DNA of 63,758 nt, counting the filler, from Rhabdomonas costata (Eukaryota), in the NCBI GenBank assembly GCA_019059605.1. It is 30 parts of 30 records of this genome, joined end to end, with 100 filler letters (N's around TTAATTAATTAA, not from the genome) between each part and the next. Parts side by side here need not be neighbours in the genome. Positions count along the whole stretch, not along the records: positions 12,780 to 14,813 come from JAHMHO010006275.1; positions 14,914 to 16,939 come from JAHMHO010006276.1; positions 17,040 to 19,067 come from JAHMHO010006277.1; positions 19,168 to 21,194 come from JAHMHO010006278.1; positions 21,295 to 23,322 come from JAHMHO010006279.1; positions 23,423 to 25,447 come from JAHMHO010006280.1; positions 25,548 to 27,575 come from JAHMHO010006281.1; 23 more parts are not named here. The stretch is one strand, 5' to 3'. The notes under the pieces were generated by a model that was not told the DNA's origin, did not search any database, and worked only from the letters and a program-made list of their open reading frames with translations. A program made the translations under genes and the position numbers. Numbering within the stretch: the stretch's first letter is position 1; each line of letters opens with the position of its first letter. Below are positions 12,858 to 26,033 of the stretch, piece after piece.

Positions 12858-14260
12858 GGGTGGCGCCTTCTGCGCGGCTTCGGCCCGTGCTGGAGGCCAT
12901 CCGCGCCCGGCACACGGACGTGTGGGACGCGCGCCCTCTGCCCGCTCTGCTTGCCCAGTACGCCGCCTCGGATGTGGCGATGCTTCACAAACTGCTCGCC
13001 TGCATTAGCGCCAAGGAGCCTTCCGCTGTGAAGGTTTCAACCCCATCTCTGAGCCATTTTTCATTCAACCGGAAAGCGCCCTGTCTTTTGCACCGAGTTA
13101 CCGTACATTCGCATCTTATGCATGGTTCCTGGAGAGCAATTGACAAACCTCAAAATAAAGAGATACTAAAGAGCAAGTAATTCTGTATCTGTCCCCTCTT
13201 CCCCTCGTGGGTCAATGTTGGGACAAAAACTGTCCATATACCGTTGACTTATCTCAGCATTGACTTTTCCGGGAATAGGGGTGGGGGACTGAACAAAAAA
13301 GTGCTATTTAAGCGCTAAATTTGCCTATTTAAGGCTATTTTCGCCTAACTTGGCTATTTTGGAACATTTTGTGCTCGTTTTAGTTGAATATTTGTTGTTT
13401 TTTTGGCCTCCTAAAGACTTCACAGGCGAGCAAGGTCACGGTACAAGAAAGAACTCAGGGGGGGGGACTGTGCCTTCGGATCAAAAATGCCCTCGGGCAA
13501 GGAGTGTCAGAAAGTTTCGGAATTATTTTCCGTGTGTATCTATTTTAAATTGAGCTTTTTCAACGCATTTTAATGACAATGTGAAATAATGTGACGAGTA
13601 ATGTGACGAGTTTTAATTCAAAAATGTGGCAGTCTCCATGCTCGACATCCCACCGCTGTCCATGGGCTTTGCTGTTGATGGAGTGACCATCTAATGCTGG
13701 GCTTCCGCTTGGCCTTTCTGTTCGAATGCGCACTCGGAGATGGCAATGCGGTGCTTCTGGATGAATGGATGTGGTTTTGGACCTTTTTGGATGGGCTTTG
13801 TCATGTCTTGGTTGTGGTTCCACTCATGCGAAAGTGTAGGTTTGCTACTCTGATGGAATAGTTGTGTTGTGTTGTGTTGTGTTGTGTTGTGTTGTGTTTT
13901 TTTTTTTTTTGTTTTTTTGTTTTTTGTTTTTTTGTGTTGTGTTGTGTTGTGTTGTGTTGTGTTGTGTTGTGTTGTGTTGTGTTGTGTTGTGTTGTGTTGT
14001 GTTGTAGGGTTCGCTTTTCTTGGCAGAGGGGGATTCGACTGACGGAGAATTACCTGCACTACTATGGCTCGGGTGCTCTTGTAGAGCAGGAGGCTGATGA
14101 ACAACCCTATTTTGTCCGCATGGACTGGCTGGAGGCTGCGTTTGGGCCGCACCCCAAGGCTCCTCGGAAACCTTGGCTGGCAGCCGCAGGGAAACCACAG
14201 AAGTCGAAGGCTCGCGATTCCCAACCAAACGCTGGTGGTAAAGGCAGCACCGCCGTTTGA
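12858..14260 (+). CDS. 3'-5' exonuclease (DEDDy, EXD/WRN-exo-like), last two exons (12858-13033, 14027-14260)
   Basis: WDARPLPALLAQYAASDVAMLHKL matches the WxxRPL...YAAxD ExoIII signature. A phase-0 GT-AG join reads to TGA at 14258-14260. Confidence 0.7.
13861..14005. repeat. (GTTGT)n microsatellite with T-rich interruption, intronic
   Basis: Directly visible. Confidence 0.95.
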
Positions 14261-15327
14261 GCTGTTGACCAGCGGGTTTGCCAGTGGTGGAGCATTTAAA
14301 AAACGAAAAAAGGTGAACGCTGAGCGTGTTTTCGCAGCCGCAGTCGGAGAGTTTGCAGATGCATTGGCTGTTGCTGTTGCTGAATGGCAGCTGACACTGA
14401 ACAGATCCCATTCAGACGCTCCCCTTGGGGAGGTGTTCGATGTCACTCTATCATGAGCGAGACACTTTTCTGGTGGGTGTAATTCTGCGTACAGAGGACT
14501 AGACTTCGCCGTGCCGTTTTTTTCTTCTTCCGCGTTTTCTTTTCCTAGTTTCAGAAGTACAGACCTGGGGGCTCAACTTTGGGTCTTTGTCTCCGGGTGA
14601 GCGGCCGCATATGGGCGTGCTCAAGAACTTTCCAGTTTTCCTGAGTATGTCCAGTTGATCCATGGGAAATCATTGGCCATTTTAATGAAAAAATTAACGA
14701 ATGCTTTTCTAAACACATAACACATAACACATAACACGACGTGATCTGCTTTGCCGGGTTGGCTGTAATATATGGTTTTCGGGTTATACTCCGGCTATCC
14801 ACCCCCCCCACCCNNNNNNNNNNNNNNNNNNNNNNNNNNNNNNNNNNNNNNNNNNNNTTAATTAATTAANNNNNNNNNNNNNNNNNNNNNNNNNNNNNNN
14901 NNNNNNNNNNNNNTGTTTGTTGTGACGCGGTGCCTGACGACTTCGCCAACTTCACCAGGAAATGGCTTATGCTTTTTCCCTGCATATCTTCTGTTTGGGT
15001 TGCTAGCAAGACCGGCTCGCTGTGTCCTATTGCTGACGGAGTTTTCTGCCTCCTTGGCTCTGGTGGAATGGCGACGTGCAAGTTCGTCTTCTCTTCTCTT
15101 CATACGACACGCGTGCGAAAAGACCGTTGCAAAAGCGAGGAGAGGAGGGTTGGGGAGAGAGGAGAGAGGAGAGAGTACAAATCACCAAGTCAGCTGCTGC
15201 GAGAGGTCGGAATCTGGCTTTGCTGGAATAAGTCAAGCAATCAGAATAATATGTAAGCCCGTGCTTCCATTGTAAATTTTGCTTGATGGATGGGAGACGT
15301 ACGTCAACACACAAAGTTAAGTTAAGC

Positions 15328-15358
<31 letters not shown>

Positions 15359-17044
15359 AAGGGACGAAGATAAACTGGTTGGGAACAGCACCACTTTCGC
15401 AGGGTTGCGCACGGAAAGTCGGACAGCGGAATCGGTGTGTTTCGCCGCTTCGTCGTCCGAGGAATTTTTCTGCCATTTACCGTTCTGCAGGCACTGCAGA
15501 CAGTGGCTCCAGTCGGTACAGTACTGAGGACGAGGAGCCGAGCTCGCGGGAAGGTTCTGACGCTGGGGACGAGGAGGCTGAGGAAAACGACACGGAGGAA
15601 GTCCTTAATGATGACAACGTATAGGCATAGCCAAAACCTTGTTGAATGTCACCGAATGTTATGAATGCGGTTGCACGGTTGCGTTTGCGTGTGCATGCTG
15701 CGGTCGGATGACTGTCTTACTGTGCTGCTTTGAGAGTGAAGTACCTGCTGCGCCTTACCGCGTTGTTCTCCGTTGTGCTGCTCTGTAGCTATCAAGCAAC
15801 TGTATCTAGTTCCAGAAGGGTGTGTGGAAAAAGGCGTTATGAGAATTGGCGACACGGAACGCCAGTCGTCAGTCGTCAACACCCTCTCCAAATGTATGGT
15901 TGAGTTGTGGTTGTGGGTCCTCGCTCTGGGGCCCATTACATTGGTGCGTTTGTTGTGTCATTAATGTTAGCTTTTATTGTCTTCCAACTTGCTCGAATAT
16001 GCAAAGCTTTTTTATGTCAAACTTCAGAACAAACGGTTAAAAAAACGTGAAGTGGCCGTCTGTAAGGCTTCATCTGTTAAATAGAAAGATTGTGTGACAT
16101 CAATTTTGCATGCCTGATTTAAATGATAGTACGGATACCTGAGCATTATATGGGCTGTGGAAGATCTGAGAAAGGGGATTTGCGCTTTTACAGTGCTTTT
16201 TGTTGGTCATCTCTCATTCAAAGTGCTTGCATTATTGCTTTTGCTTTCCAGAGCTGAAACGTTTTTGTGAGGGGTTTGTGGGCTGTCTTTCCGTCCTTTG
16301 GGACCTTGTCCCTTCTTGTCGAAATGGCTTTCTGCGATCAATAACTGATAATGAAGTCACATCTACCCAGGTGTGTGTGTGCGCATTATGGGTGTGACAT
16401 CAGCCGTCATCTCAAGTTTCGCCACTGAACGAGACTCCAATTAACGACTCTTGTGAATGCTCGAGACTCAGGCAACTTTTGACCCCCAGCGGGGGCACCT
16501 GCTGGTCCTCCATGTTTCACGGGGGGGGGGTCCTGGTTACTATGGGATGCGAGAAAAAAACGAGGAAGGATGGAATACGATTAGCCCCTGGACGACCTTT
16601 TTCTCTGCCAGCAGCGAGCCTGCTGAATCGATGGCAACTGCACTCTCCTTTGTTGGTATGTGCTCTTTGATTTCAGACACCGTCTTTGGTCGCACTACAT
16701 TTCGAATCAGCTTTGTTGCCCGTGATTCTTCCACTCACTCTTTTCTTTTGTGCCTTTTACAGCTCGCAGGTCTCCCTGTCCACGATGAAGGTACGCCGGT
16801 GTTGGTGTTGGTGGTGGTGGTGGTGCTGCTGCTCTGTGTGTGTGTGGCTTGTTAATAGTTAATTGTGTATGCTTGTTAATAGGCTTGGACGTCGCTTTCT
16901 CATGTAATCCCAGAGCAGAGGGGTATCATACCACAAACANNNNNNNNNNNNNNNNNNNNNNNNNNNNNNNNNNNNNNNNNNNNTTAATTAATTAANNNNN
17001 NNNNNNNNNNNNNNNNNNNNNNNNNNNNNNNNNNNNNNNGGGGT

Positions 17045-18632
17045 TTGGAGACTTCTGGAAAACTGAATGACACTCTTTGGTCTTTGGTGGAAGACCTTCC
17101 CCCGGCAGCGCATCGCCGAGTGGATATCATTGGCCTTGGGGCCCACTCCCCAGCTTGTGTGCTGGTACAGGACGGTCACGGCTTGCTGTGGCTTTTTCCA
17201 GTGAACCACACGAAGCCTGAGCCGCACCAGCACGAGTCTGCACGGTGGACGTCGCACTGCTCCGTGGTTTCGCCGCCGTTTTTGATTCGCAAGAGAGCAG
17301 TGCGCATTCTCATGAGTGGGGCCTACCCTCCGCTGACGACCTGGTACCCCACGCTGCGGATGAGTACGGGACTACTCCGGGGGTTTCTGCGGCTTCGCCG
17401 AAGTCGCCCACTGTCCATATGGAGGTATCATGCGTGCTCATATGGGAATGGACATTGGTGCGAAATTATTATAGACGAACACGGTTGCCTTGCTACCGCC
17501 ACGTTTATGATCTTTGGCTGTGCGAACGACGGATGTGAATACTGGTGACGCTTCCGCCGCCTCGTTTTCCAACTGCAAGGATGCCATGCGTACGGAGCCC
17601 TGCATTTTCGGAGTGAAATTGCCCACCCAGGTCTCCCCGAGTCCGCAAGCCGAAGGGCTGAACATAACTCTTACCTTATTATTAACGCCGTCTTTTTAAG
17701 GGGGGGGGTCCCCTCCTGTCCCCTGTTGAGACAAGCCATATTGCGAGGGGATATTTTCCTGTTTGAAGGATGGGAAGAACTTTTCATCTGTGGGACGGCG
17801 CCAGCAGGTCGCGCATGGAATACTGAGGGCTTGTCCAAAGCTTTATTCATTAGGACCGTGCACATGAGAGCAGAGCGCGGGGGGGGATTGCAGATGCAGG
17901 TTCATATGGACAGTTCAAAAGATTCGTCCGGGGCAACATCGGCATTCTGTGAAACAGGCTTGAGAATGACGCCGAGGCGTTGCAATGGTCTGCAGTGGGT
18001 CATCCCATCAAGCCCTACCTTGACTCCCTGTACGCAGTGGCCAAGGCCTCCCGGCCCTCCATCCGTGCTGTGGTTGGGCCTTCAGGGGCGGTGGAGTGGC
18101 TGATGTGCGCCCGCAACTCCGTCTCCTGCCCGCAAGCACCCTCGGAGCCCCCGGTGTGGCCTGGGGGTCCACCATGCTGCGGCTTCCTTCTTAGGGAGCA
18201 GCTAATGGTATTTGCATTTGTTATGTTATTCACAACTCTGTGGATCGCCTGAATGACAGTTGGCCGCTTGTCCATTCCTCCCTCTAGTCGCTAGTCGCGA
18301 TCTCGAAACAGGAATCCTTTTACTGCCTCGTCCTAGCCCTTGTTTCCAGAGAAAGGTATCCGAAAAAGGCACTATGACCCCGCCCAGAAGAGGGGGTTGA
18401 TAACCCTGGCACGCCTTTCACCTTATATGCTCTGCCTACAGTTCCTCCGCGAGGCGTTGCCGAAGCACTTTTTTGGCGGAGAGGTGTCGATTTGGCTGGA
18501 CGCCGGTTCTCTTTTGGGCGCCGCTCGGGACGCGAAGCTCATCCCATACACCAACGACAACGACGTCGCCGTTTCGTTGAGGCATCCGCCCTCCCTCAGG
18601 GAGGTCTTCCAGGACCTTGAGACGGACCGAAG
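17045..18632 (+). CDS. Fukutin-related (FKRP)/LicD-family phosphotransferase, partial and multi-exon
   Basis: Exons 17996-18207 and 18442-18632 splice in phase 0 to WLMCARNSVSC...PPCCGFLLREQLM|FLREAL...WLDAGSLLGAARDAKLIPYTNDNDV. The upstream exons (about 17045-17420 and 17580-17630) are less certain. Confidence 0.75.
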
Positions 18633-20203
18633 GTGGCGGTCCTCTGTTTTCAGTATTTCCAACGGGAGCTACATGCAGTTCCGGTGGCAGCTTCGGATGG
18701 CGAGGCCCTGGGTAGGTCGGCTACCCCTCCCACCAGACATCCAAAGCAGACTAGCGGCGATGCCCATGCCTGGATTGGGTCGCCCTCCAAGGTTTCAATT
18801 CGGTTTCTTTGCAGCCACCTTTCGTCGATTGCTCCTTCGCGAAAACCGAAGCCAGATTTCGGCATGGGCCATGTCAGTAAAGGGAAGACCGTAAAGACGG
18901 GCGTAGCTCATCCACGGGAACGATCTGGAAACCCCACACCAACTTTGTTTTCAGCAAACATATTTGAACATTGTATTGCCAAAGTTCGGTACACAATTGC
19001 GCCAGAGCCCACAAAGCAAATGTCGCGGATCTAAAACAGGACAGCACTATGCCATGGAGCCATGCCGNNNNNNNNNNNNNNNNNNNNNNNNNNNNNNNNN
19101 NNNNNNNNNNNTTAATTAATTAANNNNNNNNNNNNNNNNNNNNNNNNNNNNNNNNNNNNNNNNNNNNTTTGTTTTGGGACTTCTCTAACTTGTGTGTCTG
19201 TTCTGTGTGAGGTGTGGCTTTTCCCTGGTGCCCACGCTGGTGAGTGTGAAGCCCAGGGTGAGCGTGGAGAAGACCTTCTGCTTCGCTGCACCCACGGCGC
19301 GCTGATGTGTCCATTTTGGAAGGTTTTCTTGGCCGGCCCTCTGTCGCAAAGGAGTCGAAGTGCGTGGAAGGTCCGGTCGACCGGGCCCGCCCCTCGGAGG
19401 GGTTTCTTCCAGCATTGCTCCCCACAATGAGACGGCACGTCTCAAAATTTGGCGTTCCCTGTGTTCCCTAAGGCAAACAGAAGAAGAAGGCTTCATGTTG
19501 CAGCTACGCTTCTTACAGGACCAAACTTCGGCACATAGTGGTATTTCTGTTGTAAATTCTCTGTTAGCTTTCTGCAATTAAACCTGACAAAAAAAGCTGT
19601 TAGAGCCGCCGCATGAAAGGTAGTAATATGGACAAGCCTTTCGGCGGTACTGCTGAAGACTTCAGATTCAGGATGTTTTGAACCGCCTCTGAAATTCTAC
19701 TTTATTAATCCCTGGACCCGGATGGGCGTGTTTTTTCGTTGGTTAGTTGTGCTATTTTGTCCCTCTTCCCGAAATTATTTTGGCCAATTTTTTGCCCTTT
19801 TTTTTTTGACAAACCCCTAGTCCCCCATGAGGAAGGAAAAAGACCCTGAGCCGACGCAGCAATCAGTTGGTGCCCTTCCCTTCTTACGGTTGGAGGAGTG
19901 CAGCAGACCACCCGCCAACCTTTGTGAGGGGCTCGCACTTTTTCTCTCCCCATACAATGGGAAGGTTAATGGTCTTTCCCCCAAATATGAAAGGCGGTTG
20001 CCTGGAATGTAACCCCTGTGAACTCCGCGTCTGAGAAAGAGGACGTCGTGGCTTAAGCAGAGCAACTTTTCTACGGCTCTCTCGGTCGTTTGGGTTAAAC
20101 CGGAACGCTTGTGAATAAAAAGGGCATAGGACCAAAATTTCCCATTCTTTCTTTTCCTCCGCTTCCATCCCTTCTCAATCTCTCCCTTTTCTCTCTCTTT
20201 CAG

Positions 20204-21004
20204 GACACGGAGTTCCGCACTGCTCTCTTCATGGCCTCGGACAGGAAGGAGACCCGTGTTGGGCTAATCCAGGTCCTCCTGCAGGCCAAGGCCGCGGTGA
20301 ACGCGATGAAGGCGTGTTTGTGCGTGAGTGTACACGCACGGCGCATTGGCCCCTGTCATGTGCTGGCTTGGAGAGGAACACATTCGTGCACAAAATTGAA
20401 AAGATGCTTTGCATTTCGGAACAGCACATCATTTCGGGCTATGGTGGCACTTCGCCCCACTTCGCTTCACGTTGGGGATGATGGGAAGAGGCCAACCGCA
20501 GCGGCGACGTGCAGTGACTGCTTTAAGGTGAAACATCGTCCCCCCCCCCGTGAAGTGGTGGTTTGGTGGAATGCAATGATGGGGTGGGGGGCGCTGCTGT
20601 TGTGGGAAGCCCCTCCTGTACTCATCTATCCCCCGGTGCGCAGTGGTCGTACCGGCGAACAGCATTTGCGCGGAGAGGCACTGCTTTTCCTTGTTTTTGC
20701 ATTTGCATTTTTTTTTGCCACCAACAGCGGTTCCAACAACATCGCTAATGGTTCTGAGGAGGAAGGAAAAAGTTTTGCGTGTGTGTGGTAGGTGAAGGTG
20801 AACGACATGGTAGTCAGGGGCCCGCACTGGGATCAGCGGGGTTATGGGGACAGCGATGGCGGCGTCGGGAAGAGCGGGCGAGTCCTCCGGGACTTTTACG
20901 GTGATAGCGGAACTTTTGAGGTGAAGTGGGAGGAGACCGGGCGCACCGGCAAGTACATCTGCTTCAATTTCTGCACCGGTCTTGTGGTGGTGCAGACCGA
21001 GGAG
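20204..21004 (+). CDS. Ankyrin-repeat plus MIB/HERC2-domain protein, two exons (20204-20311, 20792-21004)
   Basis: DTEFRTALFMAS...LIQVLLQAKAAVN is ankyrin-like. VVRGPHWDQRGYGDSDGGVGKSGRV...EVKWEETG is MIB/HERC2-like. Confidence 0.7.
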
Positions 21005-22250
21005 GTGTGCCCTGGCTGCGTCTGTTTCCCCCGCTTTTTTTTTTCCGCGTTTGGCTCTTTTTCTCTTGGGCTTCTGCGCCTTCACCGACTTTTCTGCACT
21101 CACCCATCTTTCCTCTGTGTATCCCACTCTTCCCTCTTCACTTCCGTTATGTTTACTGCTTCCCTTCTTGAAAAGTTTCAACTATCAAAATTAANNNNNN
21201 NNNNNNNNNNNNNNNNNNNNNNNNNNNNNNNNNNNNNNTTAATTAATTAANNNNNNNNNNNNNNNNNNNNNNNNNNNNNNNNNNNNNNNNNNNNTTTTTT
21301 TGGTTGGGAAGACATCTTGGTACTCAACCAAGATGGGACTTTCCTGTGTTTCTGTTTGTACTGTTGTTACAGTTTTTGTGAATTGATGTAAAATACCTTT
21401 GTAATTTAGTTTTCTCGGGTTCAGTTTATGGTGTACTTTTTTGTCTTCCCGACTGGAAATGCGTCCCTTTTGGTTCGGTATTCGGTTCTCCAGGTGGGCA
21501 ATATCGGGAGGATGGATGTCACTCACAGCCCGAGACAGGTTACAAGTTACAAGTTACAGGTTAATGGTATTCGTCGGATAAAGTGATATAGTGAATCCCT
21601 GCCATGAAAATTCCCTTCTGTCTCTTGTGGATTCTGGTGCAAAGGGACTGAAAGGCAATGCACAGTCTCCATACTTTTCGTGGGATTTGTCAGAAGAATT
21701 CGCTCTCACCAGCAATGGAGGGGGTGGGAAATCCGCCGTCACCAATCTGAATTATCGTTAGAAGTTCTGTGCAGTGCCCCAGATTTAGAACCGAGTTGGT
21801 AGACCCGAGCTTGAGAAGGCAAATAGCAGAGGTTGTGTGCCTGGAGGAAATGGGGCTTGTCCGTGTAGTCAACTGGGTCTGGACAATGAGACAGAGCTTG
21901 CACTCTCCCGGGGTCCAGTGCCACCCCTCCGCTTTGGGGATTCGCCAAAACTACTTTGTAGGTGGGGAAAGGAGGTGCTCCCGTTGACATTTGGTGGCAA
22001 TCTTGTATCCTATTTTATCGATAATGCGATTCAACTGTATTATGGTGCTTGTTGTCTGGAAATGCCCTATTCGAATGTCAGGAAGCTTGATCTTCCTTTT
22101 TGTGCTTGCGCCGCTGCTTGGCTGCTGCTCCGGGTTTCCCCGCGGGCTAGTGCCTGCTTCATTGTTGAAGGAAAATGGGCTCTAGCTCCCCAGTGGTGCT
22201 GGTAGTGAGCTTGACCCTTCTATTTCTCGTCACCACTGTCCCCTCCGCAG

Positions 22251-23280
22251 ACACAGAGGAGGTCCTTGTGGAAGACATCTCCACCGAGCTCCCCTCGCAG
22301 GCGCGACCCTACGATGGGTCCCCCACGGGCAGGCGAGGTTCCGGAAAAGCTCTTTCAGACAAGTGTATGTGCGGTGGTGAAGATTTTCCAACAGCTGTAG
22401 TAACTTCAGTCAGTAAGTTGTTCGAATTTTTGTTGCATTGGGAAAAACCTTTTTCAGACCCAAGAGTTTAGAGCCGGAAAGTTAAAAGATGACGTGCTCA
22501 CTCGTGTGTGCAAATTTGGGGTTGCATAGGGTCTGTGGACTCAAAATAAAAAATAGGGTTCTCTGTACCTTATCATATTTATGGTACGTGGTTCTTGGGA
22601 AGGCCGTATTCTCTCGCAAAACCTACCAGGATGTATTCCCCCATCAATATGCCCATCATTATGAGAATAATATGCAACCAATTCGGAAATGCTAAGCTGG
22701 CTTCTGCTGTTTCGCGCCATGCCTTGAGCATCCCCGCATCCCGCACGCTCCATTTTGACTGGATGCCAAATTGCAGGCGGTTCGTATTGACTGGGCGGCC
22801 CCCTCCATTTCCAGTTGCATACATCCCTAAATCCATGAGAATGGTCATGAACGACATCTTCCTTCGTGGTTAGGGTTGGACAACCAAAAAAAATCCTGAC
22901 GGATGCAGTTTCGATTCTCTCGAAAGTATGAAGATCGACCCCAACCGTCATGCACTTGAGCTCACGCCACCACCTCCTCCACCTCCTCGTCAACCGCGGA
23001 TAGGAAAGGAAAGCGGAAGCGCGACTCGGGCGGGGGAGGGAGGGAGAAGGTCCCCGTCAGCGCCTCCAGCATCACTGAGGGCATCGAGAGGGTGCGGAAG
23101 CTCCTAGGAGAGCTGCTCTCGCACTGCGCGGACTACCGCAGTGTCCTGCACGATGACGAGCACATCCAGGTCATGCAGAAGGGCCAGGAAGAGGCCCTGA
23201 AGGCTATTGCCAGCCTCTGGACGGACTCCCAGCGGGAGGAAAAGGAGGACCCGTCCGTGTTCAAGCCCCTCACCGACGAG
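22251..23280 (+). CDS. Two exons of a hypothetical protein (22251-22332, 23061-23280)
   Basis: Coding-like composition, AG acceptors and a GTAGGT donor at 23281. No family recognised. Confidence 0.45.
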
Positions 23281-23798
23281 GTAGGTGAAGCTTGGGATTG
23301 CGATTGTCTGCCCCACCCACACNNNNNNNNNNNNNNNNNNNNNNNNNNNNNNNNNNNNNNNNNNNNTTAATTAATTAANNNNNNNNNNNNNNNNNNNNNN
23401 NNNNNNNNNNNNNNNNNNNNNNGTGTGTTGGTTTGAGAAGAAGAGCTCTTAAAGTGTGTTATGTGATATTGATTCGTGACTTTTTCTGCTGCCCCCGAAA
23501 TGAAGCCTATCCTTCAGGATAAGTTTATTCCGGGGACACTGCAGAGCGTGCCAGCTGCGTCGATTGGTGCCAGTGGTGATATGTCATGGCCCACCCGGTT
23601 GGCATGCAGTATTTTACGCATTTAGCATACGAAAATAAGAAACATGCCTGCCTTGCAGTCTTGCTAGCGGACCGCCCCGCTTACACCAACAGGACTGTGC
23701 ATCGGAAACGTTTAGCAGTGCTAAACAGGTGATGCCTCCCCAAATAGATATGCTACAATTGTCCCGCGGGCTGGCAGCGTCCACCTCCTAATCTACAG

Positions 23799-24072
23799 GC
23801 AGCGGGAGTGCTGCATCAGCCCGACCGCGACATCGTGCCAGGTAAGGTTTCCCCACGGCCCGAGGCGCGCATGGAGGGCAAGCAGCGTCCAAATCCGGCA
23901 ACACCATTCTGGCATACGAAGAAGAAACTTCGGGGGAGGGGGTGTTTCGCAGGCTTGGGCAATGTGCAGACCTTCTTTGTGAAGTCCACCACCCGGCCTG
24001 TACCCGCCGAGCTAATCGAGCATCTCCACCTGATCATCAACCAGCCCGAGTTCCTATTTGACCTTCAGAAGA
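23799..24072 (+). CDS. Exons of a hypothetical protein, possibly the C-terminal end of a class III nucleotide cyclase domain
   Basis: Spliced reading IVPG|LGNVQTFFV loosely resembles the KGKGxMxTYF cyclase terminus. Weak. Confidence 0.3.
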
Positions 24073-25783
24073 GGTTCTTTTTTTTTTGCTGTTGGTTGTA
24101 GTTCTTCCTGATGCCGTGCATGGTGGTGATAGTGATGTTTGTGGGCCTACTGTTCACTCCACCGCGTTGTCATGCAACACTGGTAGAACTCACGCGCGAG
24201 CATATGGGGCTTGACTCCCAGAGGAGTCAAACAGCACGGGCGCGAACACGATGAGTACAATGACCCACCCTATGGCTGCAGCTTCTGCATTGCATCTTCT
24301 TCTCCTTCTCCTCCTTTCTCCTTCTTTTTCTTCTTTGCGTTTTCGTTGTGTTTCTTCCGGATGCCGTTCATGGTGGTGATGGTTTTGCTTCTTCTTCTTC
24401 TTCAGTTTGCCCTTAAATTTTGCCGCTGTCTCGGAATATTGGAATTCTCTGCAGGGACCAGAGGGGATGCGGGATTAGGAGTATCTCAGAAGTCAGATAT
24501 TTTGTTCCCGTCTTGTTTTTAAATGCGCGTTGCGTGGGAAGGGGGATATTTGTGCTGGACATAACTTCTAAGACTGCTAGTGGGTGAGCCGAAGCCGAAG
24601 CTAGCACATAACTCTTTCATGATAACTTTGTGAAATAGCAATTGGAAAACCAGGCTGGAAAAAAAGACGTATGCATATTAGTAGCTATTTGTGAACCAGC
24701 GGCCAGTGTTGTCAACTCTCTTCTCTCCAGTGCTTATATTTTGGTTCCAGTGTCGTGTGTCTGACGATTCCATCGAAATTCGGTTAGCGGTGGCTCATCA
24801 AGTTGTGATGTATTGTTCTTGTGTGCCGCACCAGCCCAAACTGTTTTGCCATGGTTATGCTTGATGTGTATCTCGTGTTTTGTTGCAATTTATTGCGGCC
24901 TCTTGGCGTTGACGGGGGCGGATACACGTCGTGGCAACAGTTGCCTTATTATTTCAAGTATTTTTTCTCTTCTCACCAGTGGTAATTAAATAATCCCCAC
25001 CGACCCCACACATACTGGTCTAACAAATGCTTGGCTTGGCATGGTTTCAAAAGAAGAAGACTCATCGAAGCCCAAGACATACGCCCTTTTGCGCTGTCAG
25101 ACCATAAAAAAATGTGTTGCCCGACCAGTCCGAAATCGAGAAGGTATTTACAAAGTGGAAAAGTTTCACTTTGAGGTGTCACGGACAATGCCACCTGTTA
25201 TCAATTTTCGCCTTCCGGAGGTCACATGTCGGCCTCTTTGTCCGTGTTCGTCCCTTCATTTTTTATGGGGAAGGTGTGGTGGTTCTCCGGTACTTCGTCA
25301 GGCTGGCCTCGCAGAAGGGCTCCAGCTCCCATTCTGGCAGTAACCCCTCTCAGCCCTCTCACTCTTCCGACAACGCCGCCGCCGCCACAGCCTCCGCGGC
25401 AGCCACTGCCATAGCAGCTGCGAGCACCAGCTCCGATCCCCCCCACANNNNNNNNNNNNNNNNNNNNNNNNNNNNNNNNNNNNNNNNNNNNTTAATTAAT
25501 TAANNNNNNNNNNNNNNNNNNNNNNNNNNNNNNNNNNNNNNNNNNNNGGGTTTTGTTTTTTTAATGGATTGATGTCGTGCAGATCACCTAGATGATATTC
25601 CATCGCTTTGTTGAAAGAGTGTTTCAACGATAATCAGACAATCAGACAGAAAAGAGGAAGAGAATAGAAAAGAGAAAAGAGAAAACAACACAGAGAAGAC
25701 AATAGAAAAAATCGTTGCTGGCACACCGGCGTGCAGGTGGGCGGACGGTGCGCCAGCCTACAGTTCTTTCTCTTATCAGTGCG

Positions 25784-26033
25784 CAGGCCTGCAAAGGGGC
25801 AAAAAGGGCCCTTGCAAGCCTGCGTGAAGGCAAAAAAGGCTCAAAAATACCCCAAAATGGCCAAAATGGCCTAGCGTGGCTCTAAACCGAAGCATCCCGG
25901 CCCACTCCGGTGCCAGCATGAAGTGCTCCTGGGCTCCACCCTTAGGGATACTAACCAAGCCCGGCCGAAAGCTTAGGCTCAGCATACAGGCCTGCAAAGG
26001 GCCAAAAAGGGCCCTTGCAAGCCTGTGTGAAGG
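25784..26033. repeat. 47-bp direct repeat pair (25784-25830, 25987-26033)
   Basis: caggcctgcaaaggg(g/c)caaaaagggcccttgcaagcctg(c/t)gtgaagg, 2 mismatches. Confidence 0.9.

Noticed and set aside
17400-17585. Apparent non-canonical GT-GG intron in the FKRP-like gene
   Set aside because: A canonical phase-1 GT donor at 17403 with the AG at 17579 also preserves the frame, so no unusual intron is required.
21295-21990. Gypsy-like peptides (GVALDPGRVQAL; ILVEYQDVFP)
   Set aside because: Short, in non-canonical order and without RT catalytic motifs; too weak to call.
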